In this document: positions 1-9,822 of the stretch, piece by piece
How the letters are laid out: each line of letters opens with the position of its first letter
How positions within the stretch are numbered: the stretch's first letter is position 1
Origin: Folioceros fuciformis
Taxonomy: Eukaryota
Assembly (NCBI GenBank): GCA_049999805.1
Contig: JBNGIO010005847.1
Span: 121,178-141,177, forward strand
Direction: 5' to 3'
DNA length: 20,000 nt
The notes under the pieces: generated by a model
What the model saw: only the letters and a program-made list of their open reading frames with translations
Told to the model about the DNA's origin: nothing
Databases searched by the model: none
Translations under genes and position numbers: made by a program

Positions 1-940
1 CAATTATATGTAAATATATGAACTTGCATGATACGGTGTAATTTTTGTTCTTTTTTTCTGGATGGAGTGGTTGGTTATTACTCTAATCTTGTGGAGAGAT
101 CCCTTGTAAAGAGATCCCCACTTCAACCTAAGCTCAAACGCAAGATCATGACACAACTTGCACCCATCGCCGTCTCTCTGTGTGGTTTGAATGATATAAT
201 TCAGTGATACCATAATCCCACGCATTTGAACTCTCTGGTTCAAAGTTGATTGGTATTTCGTCAGGCTAGGAAGTAAGAAAGTCACTAACACGAGATGAGA
301 AAGTCACCGTCATAATAAGTACACAAGCAACATTGATACTCCATTGATAATGTCTTTGGGTCACGCCGAGTATGGACAGCCGTGGATAGCACAAACCATC
401 TGGATGATTAATTGCCCACAGTCCACAGCATATCAATGTCCCCTAGCAAAGGAGACGCGCTTCGGCCACTGCAGCACCCCAGTCTGAACCCATGGACTGA
501 CCACCTCATCCACAGCCTATGCAAACTTGTGAAGGCTAGCAAAAAGGAAACATTCCATGCATTGCTGCTGTTGTCAGGGAAAAACTAGTGTCGAAATGAC
601 ATGCAAATGTTCTCACGAAGACGAACAAAGCAAGTTGGTGTACATCGAAGGCTCACCACTCTGTCCAGAAGCGTTCACGGGCATCAGCAAGTGAGAGGGT
701 CCACTGTACTGAGTGATGGCCTGAGCCCTCAATCTGATGGATGGGAAGGGGTGCGCAAACCGACCAACTTCACCAGGCTGAGAAGCACAACTGCTCCAGT
801 TTGTACAGACAGTTGCATTTATGTTCCATTTCCAGGATGTCGAAGGCCAACATAATTTCCAAATTTGGGATCTTGCTAAACGAGCCCTGCGGATTCGAGC
901 AGAGTTTATTGACTTTCGTGTGTATCTTCCGTGCTCCGCT

Positions 941-1580
941 TCAATACCTTCTAAGTTCTCTTGAAATCCCAGTTGAGGCCTGTGCCAGAAATATGTAATC
1001 CCTTCAAAAAGTCCAGAACGGGCTCTTTGAAAGGTTTCCGCGAGATGAAAACAGGTCTGGAAAGGGACGACCTGGTCACCTCCATCTTGGTCTTGCCCAT
1101 CTTCTTGACCACCTAACCTAGCTAATTTAGCCTTTCAATCTTTTTCCTCTTCTTCCCATTTGCCACCGGAACGTGCAGTCACCACACTCCGTGCATGAAC
1201 TTAGCTGAGTCTCCGTACCTGCAGTAACCAGTTTCCTTGTGATCTGTGCAAATATGAATCTGCTAGCAAAACTATCCGTGACGTCGTCCAAATCTGGTAC
1301 GAAACGAAGATCTGAGAGGACTATGAGCAACCCCATAATCCCCCAGAAAAGATTTCGCTGTCTGAGGAGGCCTGCCCTTTCAATCCCTCATTCGCCCGCT
1401 TTAGCATCCTTGTCGAACTCGGTTTCCGTCTCATGCGTTGCGGTGACTTGCGTCTCTCATTCTACGCTGGTTACCAACCATCACAGCAGACTTGCCAACT
1501 CCAGCTACACCGTCAGCCTAGTCACCAATTTGATTCCTCAGATTTATGTCGGGCACCATCTTCCTGAAGGATATGCAAGC
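941..1580 (-). pseudogene. CWC24: Degenerate CWC24/RNF113A-like pseudogene (CCCH + RING zinc-finger splicing factor)
   Basis: Minus-strand fragments occur in the family's order. CISFRK (1560-1577) ~ CTFFKK; ATHETETEFDKDAKA (1397-1441) ~ ATLETETDFNQDARA; AHSPLRSS (1305-1328) ~ SHGPLRAS; ICTDHKETGYCRYGDSAKFMH (1191-1253) ~ [30 protein letters not shown] (1157-1183) ~ GDYKxGWQ; an acidic linker; VPFQTCF/ISRKPFKEPV (1017-1068) ~ LPFACFICREPFxDPV. Multiple stops, frameshifts and deletions interrupt them. A possible former start ATG lies at 1704. Ends are approximate. Confidence 0.85.
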
Positions 1581-1948
1581 TGGCACCAACAGTGGAAAGA
1601 CAATCCGAAGACATAGCGGGTGTACTCGCAGCAAATCGCTGTCGCCGTGAACACATAAGCTCTGGGGCCACTACGGTTAATTGCAGCTGGACCTGCTCCT
1701 CCATTCTTGCTTCTGGCTCACGCAACCTGCCAGCTAGGCATTCAGGGTCCTGGCGGCAGTCATGGTTGGTAACGGTCAGTTTCAGTCCAAATCGCCTGCA
1801 TCCCGCTCTTTCCATTCGGTGCTCTTGCGATCCTCGAATCCCCCCGACCTTGCCCCGGAAAAAGAAGATATCTCGATAGGTCTGGGGATGACACGATGAG
1901 ACATACACATACAAATAACCGAACGATACCAAAGTCTTTTAATTAGAC

Positions 1949-1956
1949 TAGGGTTT
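1949..1956 (-). promoter_or_regulatory. Telo-box (AAACCCTA) 5' of eIF4A-III
   Basis: TAGGGTTT at 1949-1956, about 45 nt upstream of the eIF4A-III ATG. Telo-boxes are typical of plant translation and RNA-processing genes. Confidence 0.55.
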
Positions 1957-1999
1957 TATTTTCCCGCCAGGAGCGTTGTGCTGTAGAGCGCGTGTGGAG

Positions 2000-4056
2000 A
2001 TGGCGGCTGCGGGGGGCAGGAATCGCAACGCTAACAGGATTGCAGTGGAGGATGAGGATGAGACCATGGTGTTCGAGACCAGCTCGGGTGTGGAGGTGAT
2101 ATCCAGCTTCGATCAGATGGGGATTAAGGAAGAGCTGCTTCGAGGCATATATGCCTACGGGTTTGAGAAGCCTTCTGCTATTCAGCAACGGGCTGTAATT
2201 CCCATTATCCAGGGCAGGGATGCCATTGCGCAGGCGCAGTCTGGGACGGGGAAGACGTCTATGATTGCGCTGGCAGTTTGTCAAATGATCGAGACGACCA
2301 CACGAGAGTGAGTTTGAAGGAGACTTCTTACAGCTTCTGTGTTTGTTTGTGTGGGTCTTTCTCTACGTGTCTGCCATGACGAGCGTGAGTTATGAGCCCG
2401 TCGTCTTGAACAATCGGGATGATGCACGTGTGTTTATTTGTGTAGGGTTCAGGCTCTTATCTTATCTCCAACTAGGGAGCTTGCTGCTCAAACGGAGAAG
2501 GTGATTCTTGCCATTGGTGATTACATCAATGTTCAGGCTCATGCTTGCATCGGTGGTAAAAGCATTGGAGAGGACATTCGGAAGCTGGAGTACGGCGTGC
2601 ACGTGGTTTCAGGAACTCCTGGAAGGGTTTATGACATGATCAAGAGGAGAACTCTTAGAACCAGAGCCATCAAGCTGCTTATCCTGGTGAGAGTTTCTCA
2701 CTGCTGGCATGTATGGACTTCAGGACTCGAGCTCTTTTGTGATCCTGGTTCAAACTTTTTCAGATGCTGTTTGTCACTCGCAGGATGAATCCGATGAAAT
2801 GCTGAGTAGGGGTTTTAAGGATCAAATTTACGATGTGTACCGTTACCTGCCTCCCGATCTACAGGTCTGTACTAACCGCAAGCGGATCCTTCGTGCTGTT
2901 GGTTTTGTTCCTGGCTACTTGAATCTCAAGTCTCAGGGTTTTTAATGTGTGTGTGTGTTCAGGTGGTGCTGGTGTCTGCTACACTACCACATGAAATTTT
3001 GGAGATGACGAATAAGTTCATGACTGATCCAGTACGCATCCTCGTGAAGCGTGATGAGTTGACGCTTGAGGTTTGATCCACATGACCTCTTTTATCCTCG
3101 TGCGTCATTGTGTGGGCGGACCTAGAAATTCTTCATGATGCCCTTCTTTTTTCTGTACTTTTCTGAGAAATGCACATGAAATTAGGTTTTTCACTTATGG
3201 CTGAATTGTATCCTTGGCAGGGTATCAAGCAGTTCTTTGTAGCTGTTGAGCGTGAGGAATGGAAATTTGACACGTTGTGTGATCTGTATGACACTCTCAC
3301 CATCACACAAGCCGTTATTTTCTGCAACACGAAAAGAAAGGTTATTTGTTCTTTGGGATCTGCTTTGCCTGTTTTCTGCTTGTAGCCTAGCATAATTTAT
3401 GCGTGCACATTACTAAATTTCATCTCGTGTTTGTCAGGTTGATTGGTTGACAGAGAAGATGAGGAGCAACAACTTCACTGTATCTTCCATGCATGGGGAC
3501 ATGCCACAGAAAGAGCGGGATGCTATCATGGCTGAATTTCGTTCAGGCACAACCCGTGTACTGATCACAACAGATGTTTGGGCTCGTGGCCTTGATGTGC
3601 AGCAGGTGAGAAGTGATTTTACTCACCTCCGTGTCCTATCGAAATAGGCACTGGCAGTTTGGGGTTGCCTTACCTCGACTGGATTTTGCTACGAGAGTCT
3701 GACTTGCTTGTTGCGAAACTAGGTCTCACTTGTGATCAACTATGACCTGCCTAATAATCGTGAGCTTTATATTCACCGTATCGGAAGATCAGGCCGTTTT
3801 GGTCGCAAGGTGAAATACCCCGTTTTGTTGCTGCCGTCTGGTCTTCGTTGCTGCTGTGTGGGTTGATTAGAAGGAGCAGCCTTGTGCTTTGTGACAATTT
3901 GCTTTCAGGAGAGCTTAACGCCAGCGTTGACGGTGGGTGTAGGGTGTGGCCATTAATTTCGTAAGGAGTGACGACATAAGGATTCTCCGCGATATTGAGC
4001 AGTATTACAGTACTCAAATAGATGAGATGCCCATGAATGTTGCCGACCTCATCTAG
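2000..4056 (+). CDS. EIF4A3: Eukaryotic initiation factor 4A-III (DEAD-box helicase, exon junction complex core), 408 aa
   Basis: Exons 2000-2307, 2446-2686, 2784-2864, 2963-3070, 3221-3340, 3438-3605, 3723-3809 and 3943-4056 (1227 nt, all GT-AG). Motifs: Q motif [26 protein letters not shown], the eIF4A-III-typical [30 protein letters not shown], and C-terminus [12 protein letters not shown]. Confidence 0.97.
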
Positions 4057-7000
4057 GTTGTCTCCCGCGGATGAATACTGCGGCCAGCTACACCTATGGA
4101 TTGACTTCAAGGTTTTTGGGAGCGGAAATGTTGCAGAACGGCTTTTGTCACCACGGGGATCCCCGTGGCGGTGATGTGTACTATACTGTAGCTTTGGTGA
4201 TTTTTCAATGTTCTCACACCCTGACTTATTTTCTTTCCTAAGTTACTCTCTACTGCATCGCGAGGGAATATTTGAGTTGTGGATTCTGTTCTCCATCCTT
4301 CTCACTCAGAAACTATCCGGCCAGTGAGCCTTCAACGAAGTTTGTGACTGGACTGTTCATCTAAATCATTACGGACGTCAAATTATTCCCGTCCTCCCAT
4401 GACAGTGAAACATAGCAGTGGCCAGGGCTTACACATCTCACCTAATCCCTCTCAGCCACGACCTCCACGGCCGGGACTTTGAACAAACAGTCCCCCTCGT
4501 ACTAATCTCCTGGCTTGGTTCTCTGTCGAGCTCCTTGTTGCGTAATGTTAGACAGCAGCAGCCTGATGAGCTCAAGTGGGTGAGCTCGGAATCGAGGGTG
4601 GTCTGAATTTCTCGTTCGCCCTTGGATCAATGGCTCTCACTTCCTGGATGCAGTTGGCTGGGAGAATGAAGTGCTGTGGCAGCATGGGCACAGCTCTAGC
4701 AACTGTCAAGGCGAAACCAACGGAGCAGTCTCGAACTCATCGGAACATCTCACGTGACCACATCTAGTCTTTCCTTTTATAATCGATCAGCACTTCATAC
4801 CCACCTACGTGAGGCAAGCTGTGTCCTCAGTACCTGCCCTGGATCACAGAACCTCTTACGTGCTTAGGGAGTCCACAGCGAGGGAAGGAATGCATCCTTT
4901 TCCTGTTCTTGTGCTGCAGAACGTGGCCAAGCACGTTGCCTGGTAGTCCGGTGAGGCTGAACGGGATCCGTTTCCTGACCTTGATGGGACCCCCCCTTAA
5001 TCCCCCCGATCAAGGTCAATCCACCCACCAAGAGGGCCCTACGGACAGGTGATCTTCCCACTGCCGGCCTGCTGGTGCTACAGACTGGCAGTCCCGCCTC
5101 GCTAGCGCAGAAATCATTTTCTAAAGGTTCGATTCCTCTCAGCGATCGAACGGAATTGCCTACCTCCAGAGGAAGGAAACGGCAATTTGTCAAGGACGGG
5201 TCACGGAAAGCCGGGAAAGCCCTACCTGTCTTTACTGTCTTCTGATGACCCCTCCTTTCGGATGTAGCGACGTCTTCCATCCACCACACCTTCCGCTAGT
5301 GACGGCTTTGCGTAAGTGGAGAGGTTCCGGCTGCTGCGGAAAACCCTACTTAACCGGGCTCATCGGAGCGCTAAGCGGAGAGGTCTTCCACGCTCGATGA
5401 ACCAGGTGCAGGCTCCTGTCCCCACCATTCTTGAGCGGCTTCCTGTCCTGAAAGAAAGAGACTCGAGTCCGACGCAGACAGTCCTGAATGTGTTGCAGGA
5501 TTATGATGCGTCCACAGCAGTTCTGCTTCCGCCTGGAGATGCCGTCGATTTTTTGAGGAATTGTGCACAATGCTTCCGATCCGAATCAAGGACTTTACGC
5601 TGGAATTCTGCAAAATGGTCTAGATCCCGTCCAGAGATCCGGTTCTACTATCGATGCCTCACCTTCTGCGTTCTCGAGACACAAAGTTCCCCTCTACCAA
5701 CCTCCCAAACTACTTGGTCCAGGTTCTTGGTCTCTAGAAACAATCTCCGAATTTTCAATTATTTAAAATAAAAATCGCTCTTCCCGTACACCTGCTGTGA
5801 AACACATTGGTTGGGCCAGCCCGAGTGGACCCAACCCATGCGTGAGGAACAGATCGCCCGCAGGTTGGATCGGATTGGCCTGCTCCTATTGGACCCAACC
5901 TTGGATGGAGATGGGCTTAGCGTGGGGGCCAGGCATCCATCCATGTCGTCCAAAACCCTGGGGAACTCCGGTAGCGGGTTGGTAAAGCGGTTGAGCCGAA
6001 GGCCTGACCACTGCTTGCCTTTGGTTGGCTTGGCATGGCCCGTGAGAGATGGACGAACGACGGCAGCAGGGTGCCGGAAGAACGGAGGAACGGGACGGAG
6101 CTATAATATGCTTGCAGCACCTACAAGACAGGACTGGACAGAAAGGAGAATAAGCCTCAAGGCATAGCATTCAGGCGGCGAATATCTCCAAGAAGCCGAC
6201 ATCCAGTGGAATTCATGCTCCTCTGGCACACGAAGTGAGCCCCACCACAGGAGGCGCCAACAGCTCTCATTGCTGCTGCGCTGCAACACGGGCGCAGCGC
6301 AGCCCAGCTGCTCCGTAGAAAGATCTGTGAAAGAGAAAAGATATCTCCTTCCTACACTCCAAAGGATCTATCTATCTACATCGACTGGCAGTCAGGCGCG
6401 GTTGCGGTAGCGGTAGCGGTGCGGGGGCGAATCACCAGCGCAAGGGCGTGCATGCGCTGGGTTGGTTGCCTACTCTGACTGATGACTAGTGTTGGGCTTT
6501 AGGGTTGAAGGGCCGGCCAGGGGACGGGCAACAGCAGGTGGTTGGCCGGGCCAACTCCCTTTCGGCAGCTTCGCCACACGCCCCTACTTTGTCGTGCTTC
6601 CCGCCATCGCCCCTGTCCTCTTGTCCACGCCCTGGTGCCGGGAATACAGAGCTCCTGGTTCTGTGTCCGGTATTCTGGCGCAGGCAGCTTGCGTCCGACA
6701 TTCCTATTTCAGCTGGCGTTCTGGGCTCCGGAGATCGCTCTGATTACGGCAGTTACTGGATTGCAGGCCCCCGGGCCTTAGTTCCTGTGAGTTGCTTCTG
6801 CCTTGTGACGGATTCAAAGAATAGAAGGTCTGAGTGTGGGGTGCTCGTGTAGGTTGTGTTGTCGTCTATATCTGTCCCGAATTCCGACTTTGCCGGTTTT
6901 TGTAGAGTGAGCGCAGTGTTCGGGTCTTGTTTCTGATCTGGTGGCTGAGCGAGTGCCTCGGTGTTGCAACTCGGGCTTTGGGCGAGTTTGTGGGCAGCTT

Positions 7001-7129
7001 GCCTCGTTGAGTTTGCTGGGAAACCGTAGCGGCGGTGTCTTCGATTTCTGTCGGGTGGAGGTCGAGGGGTCCGGGCAGAGTTCGGGTGCTTGTTGTTCTG
7101 ACAGGAGCTTTGCAGGGCCTGCGGCAGGT

Positions 7130-9822
7130 ATGGCTCACGCTATGAGGGCGAGTACGATGTCTGTTGCTTCTCCATCTTGCCTGCGTGGAGAGATTACAGG
7201 TCATGAGAGGGCCGGGTCTTGCTCGACCTTCCGCAGCAGCACTGCTGTGCCCTTGCGCAGGGCGGTGTCCACCAGGGTTCTGCCCCAGCTCCAGGTTCGC
7301 AGTAGTGCGCTGGTCGGGGATTCCGGGAGGCTGCATGAGAGGCCGTCGGCGAAACAGGGGAGGATCAAGCAGAATATCACCCCTGACAGAGATGCTCTGC
7401 GGGCGAACGTGATCGCGGAATACAGAGATAGCGCCACTGGGGAGGGAGTTTCTGGAGTTCTTGAGCCGGAATTCGCTGTTGAAAACGGTGCTGCATCGGT
7501 GGCGACGAACGGTGCTTCCGGCGTGACTAGGTCGCTGAAGGAAAAGGTGGAGAAAGTGGTACCTGCCTCGCCGTCGGGCATTGAGATCGATCATGTGACT
7601 GAGGTCGAATTGAAGGAGAACGGTTTCAGGAGCACAAGGAGGACAAAGCTAATCTGCACCATCGGTGAGATCACTGCTGGCTTTCTTTCCTCTCTGTTGG
7701 ACGTTAATTTGGGATGATCCTTGTCGCCGCCTCTGTGAGCTTAGCGTACCTACGGCTTCCGATTCTCTGACCTCTCTGGTGGTCAGGCCCGGCTTGCTGT
7801 GAGTTCGACCAGTTGGAAGCGCTAGCCATGGGAGGAATGAACGTGGCTAGGATCAACATGTGTCACGGCACCAGAGAGTGGCATAAGTCTGTGATCAAGA
7901 ATATACGGAAGCTGAACGCTGAGAAAGGGTACTGTGTCGCGTTGATGATGGACACGGAGGGCAGTGAGATTCACATGGGTGACCTCGGGGGTGCACCGTC
8001 TGCTAAGGCGGAGGTGGGTTTCTGTTCTCGTACTGTCTTACATTGTGGTAACTCAAGCAACTGAAGTGGGCCTCAGTTTGCGCTGCACTCCGAATGGTGA
8101 TTGAGCAGGATGGTGAAGTATGGACCTTCACTGTGCGGACCTTTGTGGATGCTCCACCTGAGAGGACCTTGCAGGTCAACTACGATGGTTTTGCCGAGGG
8201 TAAGTGTGGTTGTGGCTATAACTCCAGGAGGTCAGTAATTGGATGCAAAGACTGACATCCTACCTTGTAATTTGATGGGTTCAGATGTGAAGGTGGGTGA
8301 TGAGATCGTCGTGGATGGTGGAATGGTGCGATTTGAAGTCCTTGAGAAGATTGGACCTGATGTTAGATGCAAGTGCAGTGATCCGGGGCTGTTGCTGCCT
8401 CGGGCAAACCTCACATTCTGGAGGGAGGGGAAGCTTGTTAGGGAACGAAATGCGATGCTTCCTACCATATCATCGAAGGCAAGTAGTCTGAGCGGAATTT
8501 ACTTCCGGAGTGTAGTGCTTTGTGGCCTTTAATCTTGGCATCACAGGGCGGAGGGTTGGGATTCAACTTACAGTGGTTTTCTTGCAGGACTGGATCGACA
8601 TCGACTTCGGCATCTCTGAGGGCGTTGATTTCATCGCTATTTCATTCGTGAAATCTCCTGATGTTATTAAGCACCTGAAGAGCTATATCTCAGCTCGATC
8701 TCCTGATGGGTAAGAGCAATCGACATTGATGCAGGGCACATCCGCTTGAAGCCATGGAGGGAGGGACTAACCTGTTGTGGATCCGGTTGCAGATGCATTG
8801 GCGTGTTTGCAAAAATAGAAAGCAGTGATTCGCTGAGAAATCTCCATGAGATTATTCAGGTTTCAGACGGGGCCATGGTCGCCCGTGGAGATCTGGGTGC
8901 GCAAATTCCACTTGAGCAGGTCCCTTCCGTACAACAGGAGGTTGTGACCTTGTGCAGGCAGTTGAACAAACCTGTAATAGTGGCTTCCCAACTTCTGGAG
9001 TCCATGATTGAGTACCCAACACCAACCAGGGCTGAGGTGAGTTTCTCTGCGCAAGTAGGTTGTACTGTGGTAGCTCCACGGGTGGATGAAGCGGTACACT
9101 TCCAGTCTGTACCTTTTCATGAGCTGGGATGGGTTGTCTCAGGTTGCGGATATATCGGAGGCAGTGAGGCAACGAGCAGATGCACTGATGCTATCTGGCG
9201 AGTCTGCCATGGGTCTGTATCCTGAGAAAGCTCTTAGCGTTTTACGGACAGTGAGTCTGAGAATTGAGCGATGGTGTCGTGAAGAGAAGCATCATCAGTC
9301 AATGCGCCTGCCACAGGTCTCCAAAGCCCTTCCCGAAAGGATCTCTGAAGAAATATGCAACTCTGCTGCACTCATGGGTGAGTTTTACAGGGTCGATTTT
9401 CTCCTGGGTTGTAATTATCTCTGAACGAAGGCACATGCATTTGATCATGACTTGCTCATTGTGATTTGATGTCTCACAAATAAGGCGTCCATGTCTTTCA
9501 TGCAGCCAACAAACTTGAAGCAGATGCCATCTTTGTGTACACTCGGAAGGGGTATATGGCATCGCTTCTTTCAAGATGTCGACCTGACTGTCCTATTTTT
9601 GCTTTCACCGACTCGAAGAAAGTCAGGCAACACCTCAACCTTCAATGGGGTCTCATCCCCTTCCGGCTGGCCTTCTCAGACGACATGGAGACTAATCTTC
9701 GTCGAACTTTTGCCCTGCTCAAGGCAAGGGGAATGATGAAGACGGGAGAACTCGTCGTTGCAGTGGCAGACATCTCAACTGCAGATATGCTTCAGTCCAT
9801 TCAGGTCCGCAGGATTCCTTGA
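7130..9822 (+). CDS. PKP-ALPHA: Plastid pyruvate kinase, alpha subunit (isozyme A), 654 aa, with a Ser/Arg/Ala-rich transit peptide
   Basis: Exons 7130-7664, 7787-8013, 8109-8199, 8285-8478, 8588-8709, 8793-9036, 9143-9377 and 9506-9822 (1965 nt). Intron 4 is GC-AG. Motifs: [21 protein letters not shown] (PKp-alpha-like), [52 protein letters not shown]. The start ATG is inferred as the first in-frame ATG after the acceptor at 7104. Confidence 0.95.

Noticed and set aside
4..900. Short ORFs and splice-like signals at the start of the window
   Set aside because: No recognisable protein motif in any frame I read. Probably UTR or intergenic DNA.
4562..4606. CTGATGA-GCTC...GAGC as a hammerhead ribozyme core, or TGATGA...CTGA as a C/D snoRNA
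   Set aside because: No GAAA follows stem II and stems I and III are absent. The C-to-D span (about 43 nt) is too short and lacks a terminal stem. CTGATGA at about 5243 also fails.
5340..5350. AAACCCTA as a telomerase RNA template
   Set aside because: Only about one repeat unit. There is no correctly spaced USE/TATA, no G-rich 5' end pairing with the 3' end and no poly-T terminator. More likely a telo-box or chance.
5316..5771. 151-aa + strand ORF, and the 141-aa minus-strand ORF 4864-5289
   Set aside because: Non-ATG starts, no domain-like motifs, and composition typical of translated non-coding DNA.
6866..7594. 242-aa minus-strand ORF
   Set aside because: Antisense shadow of the GC-rich PK exon 1.
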